A stretch of DNA of 64,000 nucleotides. Source: an uncultured delta proteobacterium. Lineage in GTDB: Bacteria > Desulfobacterota > Binatia > UBA9968. How positions within the stretch are numbered: the stretch's first letter is position 1; each line of letters starts with the position of its first letter. The notes under the pieces are model-generated. The model was given only the letters and a program-made list of their open reading frames with translations. It ran no database searches and had not been told where the DNA came from. Position numbers and translations under genes: made by a program. The DNA lies in the NCBI GenBank assembly GCA_963816145.1, contig CAWFJP010000029.1, positions 192,001 to 256,000 on the forward strand, written 5' to 3'. This document shows positions 10,572-18,992 of this stretch, in pieces.

Positions 10572-12557
10572 GTGACCCCTAAGGGAAGCAGTATGAAACC
10601 ACCTCCTGAACAAGAAGCTATACGGGCCAAGTGTTTTCATCCCTCGGGGACGTTTGTCGAGTTCTCGAGTGAAGATGTCGAGCAGTCCATACCTGCCCGG
10701 TTTGAAACAATTGCCCGTCGATATGCAAATCGCATTGCTGTCCAATCAGACAACCAAGCAATTACATATGCCGAACTTAATAAAGCAGCGAATAGGCTGA
10801 CTCGATCGATTCTGAGCAAACAGAGGCGATTATCAGCGCCCATTGCCGTTTTGGTAGACAAGGGGTTTTCGTCAGTAGTCGCAATATTGGCAGCTTTGAA
10901 AACCGGCAGACCCGTGGTGCTCTTGGACCCTTTATTTCCGAAGGTGAGGACGGCAACCATACTGGCAGATTCTGAAGCGGCACTTTTACTGGTTGATAGA
11001 GAGAATAGCGCTTTAGCAGACGAATTAGTCGGCGATGTTTGCGAGATGTTTATCACGGACACCGTTACGCCTGATGCCTCATCGGAAAACTTAAACGTCC
11101 TCCTTGGGTCACAGGATTTCGCCTTCATCCTTTACACTTCGGGATCCACCGGACAACCCAAGGGTGTAACTCAGAGCCATCGTAATATCCTTCACAACGT
11201 AATGATACGCATGAGCGTATATCATGTATCCGAGCATGACAGAATTAGCTTGCTAGCGTCCGGTACGTCAAATTCTCTAATAAACATGTTTTTGGCAATT
11301 CTAAACGGTGCGACCTTGCTACCCTTTGACGTTATGAAAGACGGTGTGGGTCGACTGGCCAGCTGGTTATCAAGTGAAAGAATTTCTATCTGTCTTATCA
11401 GTGGCCCTTTATTTCGGGCCTTGTGCGAAACTCTTTCTGATGAGCAGATGTTTCCGGATCTCCGGGCACTCAGGCTCACCAGCGAGGCTGTTTATCCGAG
11501 GGATGTCGCACTTTACAAAAAGCACTTTTCCAAGCAGTGCATTTTCGTGAGCGGACTTTCGACGAGCGAAACCGGGCCGCTAAGAAAATTTTTGATCAGT
11601 CATGAAACCGAATTCGCGGGTACCGAGGTGCCGGTCGGCTATCCGGTTAAGGATAAAGAAATATTGATTCTAGATGAAGAAGGAACAGCCGTTGGCTTCG
11701 ACGCCATTGGTGAAATCGTTGTCCGAAGCTGCTACCTTTCTCCCGGTTATTGGAAACGCCCTGATTTAAACGCGACAAAGTTCAAGTTCGAGCCATCTGG
11801 GGCCAAGGCGCGTCTCTATTATACCGGAGATATGGGAATTATTCGCCGTGACGGTTGTCTCATTCATAAGGGGCGAAAGGATTTTCGCGTCAAAGTTCGT
11901 GGCTATGGCGTCGAAACCGCGGAAGTTGAGAAGGTACTATCCAGCCATCCTGCGATTCGGGAATGCTACGTTATCCCTCAAACATCCGGTGCCGGCGAAC
12001 TTCGGCTGGTCGCGTACTTTGCGACTGGCAGTAGCTCGGTTCCCAGCACGACCGATTTGCGGGCGTTTCTTAAAGCGACGTTAGCTGAATACATGATTCC
12101 GTCTGCTTTTGTGCCACTCGACGCGATTCCGCTAACCGCTGCGGGGAAACTGGACCGGGCGGCACTCCCCCCGGTGCTACCGTCACGCCCCGCGATAAAT
12201 ACAGCCTTCGTTGCGCCGCGATGGTCAACCGAGGAGAGGCTGGCTACGATTTGGAGCGAGATACTGGGAATTGATCAGATCGGAGTCCATGACGATTTCT
12301 TCGACTTGGGCGGGCATTCTCTGGCTGCAACCCGAATCGTCGTTCAGGTCATCAAAGTGTTTCAGGTAAACGTTCCTATCAACGCTCTATTTGATGCGCC
12401 CACCATTGCAGAGATGGCTGCGATCATCACGGCGAACCAAACCAAGCGGGCAAGCGACGCCGAGGTAGCTCAGATGTTTCGCGAGATAGAGGCGATGACG
12501 GAGGAGGAAGCTCAGCGGTTTTTGCGCGAAAGCAATTCGACCATCGCGTCAAAATAG
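10572..12557 (+). CDS. Stand-alone NRPS-like adenylation-thiolation (A-T) protein
   Basis: YTSGSTGQPKG (A3), YTGD (A7), GRKDFRVKVRG (A8), GKLDR (A10), carrier motif FFDLGGHSL, acidic C-terminal tail. Confidence 0.92.
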   Translation: MTPKGSSMKPPPEQEAIRAKCFHPSGTFVEFSSEDVEQSIPARFETIARRYANRIAVQSDNQAITYAELNKAANRLTRSILSKQRRLSAPIAVLVDKGFSSVVAILAALKTGRPVVLLDPLFPKVRTATILADSEAALLLVDRENSALADELVGDVCEMFITDTVTPDASSENLNVLLGSQDFAFILYTSGSTGQPKGVTQSHRNILHNVMIRMSVYHVSEHDRISLLASGTSNSLINMFLAILNGATLLPFDVMKDGVGRLASWLSSERISICLISGPLFRALCETLSDEQMFPDLRALRLTSEAVYPRDVALYKKHFSKQCIFVSGLSTSETGPLRKFLISHETEFAGTEVPVGYPVKDKEILILDEEGTAVGFDAIGEIVVRSCYLSPGYWKRPDLNATKFKFEPSGAKARLYYTGDMGIIRRDGCLIHKGRKDFRVKVRGYGVETAEVEKVLSSHPAIRECYVIPQTSGAGELRLVAYFATGSSSVPSTTDLRAFLKATLAEYMIPSAFVPLDAIPLTAAGKLDRAALPPVLPSRPAINTAFVAPRWSTEERLATIWSEILGIDQIGVHDDFFDLGGHSLAATRIVVQVIKVFQVNVPINALFDAPTIAEMAAIITANQTKRASDAEVAQMFREIEAMTEEEAQRFLRESNSTIASK

Positions 12558-12881
12558 TTTTATTTCCTTAGCCGTTTGTCGTTGCACGATCCTCTGAGAG
12601 AACGGACGAAAAGCCGCGCCACAAATAAAACTGAATCGGCACCGGTTATTAGTGTCCCCCATCGGCAGGCTGAGATTGAACTGTTTTCTCCATCCTACCC
12701 AATCCTGTGAGATTTACCAGCAGCCTTTAGTTAAACGCTGAACTACGCCAATCTATTTGACAAGCTGATTACCTAGTGGAAACATTCTTGAGACATGCGA
12801 TTGTCGTATCGATCGCGGAAATATTCGCTTCATATGTTTTGGTCAGATACGGGCACAAATTCATTAGGGTGGCTGTCAGTG

Positions 12882-13406
12882 ATGAGTAAAATACAAACCG
12901 TCTTCGGGTCTCTGAGTATATTCGTTATGGGTGTGGCGATTGGAGGCTATGCATTCTCGCAAACGCAGTCCCGATCCCTTTTGTCAATAAACCAATGCCA
13001 GGATTGTTTTAGTCCTAAAGATCTTGCTGGGCTTATTGCTTCTGTTGGTATCAATAAGTTTTCTGGTTTGATACCCGACGTAGTGTTCGAAACCGACAAA
13101 ACGGTCGTTATTAAGAATCCATTCCGAGTTCAGCACGGTGACTTTGCGAAGGGATCGATTGATTACGTCATCTTTCCAAAGAAAGACATTAGGAACATCG
13201 GTGAAATTTCAGTGGCGGATGCTCCGTATATATTCGACGCCATCCTGACGGCACGACACATTATCGAGGAAAACAAGTTAATCAATTATGAGTTGCTTAC
13301 AAACGGGCCGGGGTTTCAGGATGTTAGTTATTTGCATTTTCACTTGCTACTAAGGACGCCCAGGCGGCAGGGAGTGAAACCAAGAAATAGCATGTCGGTA
13401 CCCTAG
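12882..13406 (+). CDS. HIT-family protein with N-terminal signal/TM segment
   Basis: VFETDKTVVI, YVIFPKK and NGPGFQDVSYLHFHLL (HIT motif, first His replaced by Tyr); CQDC motif. Confidence 0.75.
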   Translation: MSKIQTVFGSLSIFVMGVAIGGYAFSQTQSRSLLSINQCQDCFSPKDLAGLIASVGINKFSGLIPDVVFETDKTVVIKNPFRVQHGDFAKGSIDYVIFPKKDIRNIGEISVADAPYIFDAILTARHIIEENKLINYELLTNGPGFQDVSYLHFHLLLRTPRRQGVKPRNSMSVP

Positions 13407-13984
13407 AGTGATTTATCGCCTAGGCGCGTGTAACTTTTCAGTAGTGTCGTTATAGTTTGTTGATCCGTCCATGGATAATAATTTGGCAGCACCTTAAAAA
13501 AGTGATCGCAAAAGTTCTCTTGCTGGCTCATTGTCAAAGCCCACTAGTTTTCGACGGCTCTTCGATTCCCACGCATGTTCGTGGCGATGACATTGAACTG
13601 TATTCTCCATCGGTCAAATCCCGAGAGATTCGCGTTAGGCGCTGGTCAATCCAACCGATATTCTGTGTCAGTCGCAGCTTTCCTCGATGAGCTGGTCCGT
13701 CGGGGAGGAGACTATCAAATCAAGAATTTCTCGTTCAGTTGCGAGACTCCGGGCCGCAGCAACACATTCATTCGATTGCGGTTATTTCCAAGTGACGGCG
13801 TGAAGATTAACCCGTCGCAGATGGCTTGTTCAGCTATTCTGTCGGGATAGTTACCGAGCGCGGGAAAGATTTCTCGCTGCGCTCGAAATGACAGTTGCGG
13901 CGAGAAGCTTGCGAGATCAGAGAGAACTGCCGTGATGCGGATTCGTCGACTCCTATTACTACTACACTGGAATCCTCTGATCGC

Positions 13985-14866
13985 TTAATCCTTCACCATT
14001 TCTACCGCCATAAATTCCCGTTCGATCTTGTTCCAGTCGTCCAGACCGACGACCTTGTCGCGGTCTTTGAACGTTGTCAGAGTGGCGTCGATGGATTCCG
14101 TCGTGCCTTCGCGTTTGAGCGTGCTCAGCGCGGTGCGCATGGCGTGGATGGCGGCACGTTGGGTTTCCGATGGGTAGATGGCGATGCGGTAACCCATTTT
14201 TTCCAAGCGGTTCTTCGGCAGCATCGGCGTTTTGCCGCCTTTAAAGACATTGACCAGCAGCGGAATATTGGGCACACGCCGGGGGATTTCCGCCAGTTCT
14301 TCTTCGGACTGCGGCGCTTCGAGAAAGATGGCGTCGACACCCAACTTGGCGAAGGCGTTGGCGCGTTTGACCGCGTCGTCGAAGCCGTTGACGCCGCGGG
14401 CGTCGGTACGGGCAATGATGCAGAAATCGGGGTCGGTGCGTGCCGCCAGCGCGGCTTTGAGTTTCAATTCCATCTCCGCCTGGGAAATCACTTCCTTGCC
14501 GTCCAAATGGCCGCAGCGTTTGGGCGTGATCTGGTCTTCGATATGGATCGCGGCGACCCCGGCGCGCTCGAACTCGCGTACGCTGCGCACCAAGTTTACA
14601 GCGTTGCCGTAGCCGGTGTCGGCGTCGGCGATGATCGGAATGTTGATCGCCGACACGACTTGGACAGCGCGCTCGATAGATTCCGACATCGTCACTAGGC
14701 CGATGTCGGGAATGCCCATGCTGCGCGCCACCGCGCCGCCGCTCAGGTAAGCGGTCTCGAAACCGGCTTCTTGGACCAGCCGGGCGGACAGACCGTCGAA
14801 GCACCCGGGGGCGACCAGAAGTTGGTTGCGCTTGAGTAGTTGTTTGAGAGTTTGACGTGGGGTCAT
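13985..14866 (-). CDS. prpB: 2-methylisocitrate lyase (ICL/PEP mutase family)
   Basis: IIADADTGYG, HIEDQ, KRCGH, IARTDA; adjacent to prpD and prpC. Confidence 0.85.
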   Translation of the reverse strand: MTPRQTLKQLLKRNQLLVAPGCFDGLSARLVQEAGFETAYLSGGAVARSMGIPDIGLVTMSESIERAVQVVSAINIPIIADADTGYGNAVNLVRSVREFERAGVAAIHIEDQITPKRCGHLDGKEVISQAEMELKLKAALAARTDPDFCIIARTDARGVNGFDDAVKRANAFAKLGVDAIFLEAPQSEEELAEIPRRVPNIPLLVNVFKGGKTPMLPKNRLEKMGYRIAIYPSETQRAAIHAMRTALSTLKREGTTESIDATLTTFKDRDKVVGLDDWNKIEREFMAVEMVKD

Positions 14867-14885
14867 GGGTTATCTCCGTTGATGG

Positions 14886-14955
14886 GCGTCTAACGTCTAG
14901 GCTCTGGCGTCGAGGATTTCCGGACGACGCTAGACCTTAGACGGCAAACTCTAGA
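14886..14955. repeat. Inverted array of 7-mer repeats (CGTCTAG/CTAGACG type)
   Basis: cgtctaa cgtctag gctctgg ... gctagac cttagac ... tctagac in the prpB-prpD spacer. Confidence 0.6.
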
Positions 14956-16389
14956 CTATTTGAGCACAAACATATCGGTAAATTTATCCGCCGGTGTGGA
15001 GTCGAGGCGGTTCCGGTCGTTGCACAAATTCATGATCTCGGCGCACTGCGCGGGGTTGAAGCGAGACGCCAGATTGGCCTCGAACTTCTGCACCAGCAGC
15101 GGCATGCCTTCGGCACGGCGGCGTCGGTGGCCGATGGGATATTCGACGGCGACATTGGCGGTGCTCGTGCCGTCTTTGAAAAATATTTGCACGGCATTGG
15201 CGATGGAGCGCTTGTCGGCGTCCAAATATTCTTGTGTGTAGCGCGGATCTTCGACGCAGGTCATTTTATTGCGTAGAGCGTCAATTCTCGGATCTTTGGC
15301 AACCTTGTCTTCGTAATGATCGGCGGTGAGTTCGCCGAAGATCAGGCCGATGGCGGTCATGTACTGAATGCAATGATCGCGGTCGGCGGGGTTGTGCAGC
15401 GGGCCGAACTTGTCGATGATGCGGATCGCCGATTCCTGGGTGGTAATGACGACCTTGTCGATTTCATTCAAGCGATTTTTGACCTGCTCGTGCAGCTGCA
15501 CCGCGCACTCGACGGCGGTCTGGGCGTGGAACTCCGCCGGGAATGAGATCTTGAACAGCACGTTCTCCATTACATACGAGCCGAGCCGCCGGCCCATGGT
15601 GAACGGCTTGCCCTTGAACAGGACATCGTAGTAGCCCCAGGTCTTGGCCGAGAGCACCGACGGGTAACCCATCTCGCCTTGCAGCGCCATCAGAGCCAAA
15701 CGCACGCCTCGGCTGGTGGCATCGCCGGCAGCCCAGGATTTTCGTGGTCCGGTGTTGGGCGCGTGGCGGTAGACTCGCAACGCACCGCCGTCCGTCCAGG
15801 CGTTCGATAGCGCGCTGATGATTTGCGCGCCCGTGCCGCCGAGCATTGCGGTCGCTACCGCAGTAGTGGCGACACGAACGAGCAGGACATGATCGAGACC
15901 GACGCGGTTGTAGCTGTTTTCAAGCGCCAGAATGCCTTGGATCTCGTGCGCCTTGATCATTGCCTGCAAAACATCGCCGACGGTGAATGATTTCTGCTTG
16001 GTGCGCGTGAGATAGTCGGCGAGCGCGAGGATGCCGCCCAAATTATCCGATGGATGGCCCCACTCGGCAGCAAGCCAGGTATCGTTGTAGTCGAGCCAGC
16101 GGATCATTGTGCCGATGTTGAAGGCCGCCTGCACCGGCTCCAATTGCCAATCGGTGCCCGGCACGCGAGATCCGCTGATCAAGATCGCGCCGGGCACGAC
16201 CGGACCCAAGAGCTTGGTGCATTCGGGAAAGCGCAGAGCCAACAGGCCGCAGCCCAGGGTGTCGATCAGGTTGTAGCGTGCGGTGTCGATGGCCTCACGG
16301 CTAGCGCAGACGTAGCTCGCGGCATAGTCGGCCAATTCTACTAAAAGTTTATCCGGCTCTGGGCGGATGTTGGATACAGTGGTGCTCAT
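14956..16389 (-). CDS. prpD: 2-methylcitrate dehydratase
   Basis: [61 protein letters not shown]. Confidence 0.97.
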   Translation of the reverse strand: MSTTVSNIRPEPDKLLVELADYAASYVCASREAIDTARYNLIDTLGCGLLALRFPECTKLLGPVVPGAILISGSRVPGTDWQLEPVQAAFNIGTMIRWLDYNDTWLAAEWGHPSDNLGGILALADYLTRTKQKSFTVGDVLQAMIKAHEIQGILALENSYNRVGLDHVLLVRVATTAVATAMLGGTGAQIISALSNAWTDGGALRVYRHAPNTGPRKSWAAGDATSRGVRLALMALQGEMGYPSVLSAKTWGYYDVLFKGKPFTMGRRLGSYVMENVLFKISFPAEFHAQTAVECAVQLHEQVKNRLNEIDKVVITTQESAIRIIDKFGPLHNPADRDHCIQYMTAIGLIFGELTADHYEDKVAKDPRIDALRNKMTCVEDPRYTQEYLDADKRSIANAVQIFFKDGTSTANVAVEYPIGHRRRRAEGMPLLVQKFEANLASRFNPAQCAEIMNLCNDRNRLDSTPADKFTDMFVLK

Positions 16390-16404
16390 TTCATCGGGTT
16401 GTCT

Positions 16405-16484
16405 CACCACGAAGGCACGAAGGACACGAAGGTTTCGGAAATATTGTTATTCCGAACTTCGTGATCTTCGTGTCCTTCGTGGTG
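16405..16484. repeat. Palindromic element family A (CACCACGAAG...CTTCGTGGTG)
   Basis: Three CACGAAG units mirrored by three CTTCGTG units; related copies at 18877, 24147, 45152 and 46700. Confidence 0.85.
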
Positions 16485-16505
16485 GATACTCCTTGTCATT
16501 CTATT

Positions 16506-17624
16506 CTAACGCTTGTCCACCGGTACAAACGGCCGGGGTTCGGGGCCGATGTAGTCGGCGTTGGGGCGGATGAGTCGGTTGTCGGCGCGTTGCTCGAAAA
16601 TATGCGCGGCCCAGCCGGTGATGCGCGAAACCACGAAGAGCGGCGTAAACATCGCCGTCGGAATGCCGCACAAGCGATAGGCGCTGGCGCTATAGAAATC
16701 CAGATTGGGAAACATCTTTTTTTCGCGCCGCATGACCTGTTCGATGCGCTCCGAGACCGTGTAGAGCGTCATGTCGCCGTTGGCTTCGGCGAGCTTTTTC
16801 GACCAGGTCTTTATCACGTCCGAGCGCGGATCGGCATGCTTATAAACGCGATGACCAAAGCCCATGATTAACTTCTTCGCCGCGAGCATTTGCATCATGC
16901 CTTTTTCGGCTTCGTCCGGCGACGAGAACCGCTCGATTAACTCCATGGCTGCTTCGTTGGCGCCGCCGTGAAGCGGGCCGCGCAGAGCGCCGATGCCGCC
17001 GGTGATGGCAGAGTAGAAGTCGGCCAATGTCGCGGTGATAGTGCGGGTAGTGAAAGTCGACGCGTTGAACTCATGTTCGGCGTAGAGAATCAGTGATGCG
17101 TCGATGGCGCGGCGATGCAGATCGTCCGGTTTCTTGCCAAGGAGCAGATGGAGAAAGTAGCCGGCGGTGTCGTCGTCATCGGTCTCAGTGACGATGCGTT
17201 TGCCGCCGGTGACGAAGTGGTGCCAATACAGCAGCATGCCGCTGAAGCAGGCAGTGAGCCGGTTGGCCACCGCGATTTGGGTCCGGCCGGAATTCTCCGG
17301 TTCCAACGTGCCGAGCATGGAGCAGCCTGTGCGCAGGACGTCCATCGGATGTGTGCTCGCTGGTATGCGTTCAAGCACTTCCTTCAACGTCGGATGCAAC
17401 CCGCGCAAATTGCGCAGCCGGGCTTTGTAATCTTCCAGTTCTTCTTTGCTGGGCAAGCGGCCGTAGAGTAGCAAGTAAGCGACATCTTCGAATGTCGAAT
17501 GGGATGCCAAGTCTTCAATCGAGTAGCCGCGGTAGGTGAGGCCGACGCCTTCTTTGCCGACTGTCGAGATCGATGTTGCGCCGGCGATAACGCCTTCGAG
17601 GCCACCAGTTTTTTTCTCTGCCAT
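16506..17624 (-). CDS. prpC: 2-methylcitrate synthase
   Basis: [51 protein letters not shown]; first gene of prpCDB. Confidence 0.95.
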   Translation of the reverse strand: MAEKKTGGLEGVIAGATSISTVGKEGVGLTYRGYSIEDLASHSTFEDVAYLLLYGRLPSKEELEDYKARLRNLRGLHPTLKEVLERIPASTHPMDVLRTGCSMLGTLEPENSGRTQIAVANRLTACFSGMLLYWHHFVTGGKRIVTETDDDDTAGYFLHLLLGKKPDDLHRRAIDASLILYAEHEFNASTFTTRTITATLADFYSAITGGIGALRGPLHGGANEAAMELIERFSSPDEAEKGMMQMLAAKKLIMGFGHRVYKHADPRSDVIKTWSKKLAEANGDMTLYTVSERIEQVMRREKKMFPNLDFYSASAYRLCGIPTAMFTPLFVVSRITGWAAHIFEQRADNRLIRPNADYIGPEPRPFVPVDKR

Positions 17625-17696
17625 GAATCGTTCCTCCCTGTTGACAATGCTACGAATCCCATAGCCAAATCAAGCGGGAGGCGTGATCCAATCCGA

Positions 17697-17760
17697 CTTT
17701 GAACCTTGAACTTTTGAACGCAAAAATTGGCTTAAGGTTCCGGGTTCAAAAGTTCAAGGC
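17697..17760. repeat. Inverted array of 7-8-mer repeats (TTGAAC/GTTCAA)
   Basis: ctttgaac cttgaac ttttgaac ... ggttccg ggttcaa aagttcaa. Confidence 0.6.
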
Positions 17761-17860
17761 CGGATCCGCAGGCAGCTGCTTTGCTGACGCCTCTTGACAG
17801 TTTGCCGGTGGATTGGATACCGCTGGTGTAATCATTTTTGTAAGGAGCGCAAATTAATCG

Positions 17861-18862
17861 ATGGCTTTACCACAAACATTTAAGGCGATGGTGGTTTCCG
17901 AAACCGCTGAGAAGACCTTTGTTCGCGAGATCAGGGAGCGGGCGCTGAGCGATCTGCCGGCCGGCGAGTTGATTATCGAAGTGAAATACTCGGCACTGAA
18001 TTACAAAGACGCGTTGTCGGCGACCGGCAACAAGGGCGTGACGCGCAAGTATCCGCACACCCCCGGCATCGATGCGGCTGGAGTCGTCGCCTCCTCGACG
18101 ACACGAATGTTTTCGGTGGGCGATCAAGTGACGGTGACGGGGTTCGATTTCGGCATGAATACTTCGGGCGGCTTCGGCCAGTACATCAGCGTGCCGGCAC
18201 TGTGGGCCGCTAAAGTTCCTCAGTCGATGTCGCTGCGCGACAGCATGGGCTACGGCACGGCCGGGCTCACCGCGGTGCTGTGCATGATCCGCTTGATGGC
18301 GAGCGGGCTGACCAAAGAGTCGGGTGAAGTTCTGGTCACCGGCGCCACCGGCGGCGTCGGTTGTCTCGCGGTGGCGATCCTAGCCAAGCTGGGTTTCAAC
18401 GTTGTCGCTGCCACCGGCAAGACCGAGGAAAAAGAATTCCTCACTCACTTGGGTGCCAAGACGATCATTTCACGCGAGGAAGCCAATGATACCTCGGGAC
18501 GGCCGTTGCAGAAGGGACGCTGGGCCGGGGTCGTCGATACGGTCGGCGGCAACATTCTCGCCACCGCGCTCAAAACCGCCAAGTATGGCGGCTTGGTGGC
18601 GGCCTGCGGCAATGCCATGTCGGCGGATCTCAACGTCAATGTGTTTCCATTTATTCTCCGCGGCGTGAGCCTGCTCGGCGTCGACTCGGTGGAGATCCCG
18701 ATGCGCACGCGCCAGGCGGCGTGGAGCAAACTCGCCGGCGAGTGGAGCATCGATCTGTCGAGCATTGTGAAAGAAGTGTCTCTTGAGGGGTTGAATGCCG
18801 AGATCGACAAGATTCTCAAAGGCGGCGTGCGCGGCCGAGTCGTGGTCGATCTGAGCAAATAA
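17861..18862 (+). CDS. acuI: Acrylyl-CoA reductase AcuI / YhdH-family MDR oxidoreductase
   Basis: YSALNYKDAL, PGIDAAG, GTAGLTA, VTGATGGVG, FPFILRGVSLLGVDSV. Confidence 0.88.
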   Translation: MALPQTFKAMVVSETAEKTFVREIRERALSDLPAGELIIEVKYSALNYKDALSATGNKGVTRKYPHTPGIDAAGVVASSTTRMFSVGDQVTVTGFDFGMNTSGGFGQYISVPALWAAKVPQSMSLRDSMGYGTAGLTAVLCMIRLMASGLTKESGEVLVTGATGGVGCLAVAILAKLGFNVVAATGKTEEKEFLTHLGAKTIISREEANDTSGRPLQKGRWAGVVDTVGGNILATALKTAKYGGLVAACGNAMSADLNVNVFPFILRGVSLLGVDSVEIPMRTRQAAWSKLAGEWSIDLSSIVKEVSLEGLNAEIDKILKGGVRGRVVVDLSK

Positions 18863-18876
18863 CCGAATTGGATCTT

Positions 18877-18956
18877 TCACCACGAAGGCACGAAGAGCAC
18901 GAAGTTCGGAAACGTAATTGTCCGAAACCTTCGTGTCCTTCGTGCCTTCGTGGTGA
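18877..18956. repeat. Palindromic element family A
   Basis: tcaccacgaaggcacgaagagcacgaag...cttcgtgtccttcgtgccttcgtggtga. Confidence 0.85.
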
Positions 18957-18992
18957 GTAAGCATTTCCCATTTCTGACAGCGAGGCGATATT

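Noticed and set aside
7730-13900. Prophage or integrative element
   Set aside because: No integrase, phage structural gene, tRNA or short att-type direct repeat was recognised.
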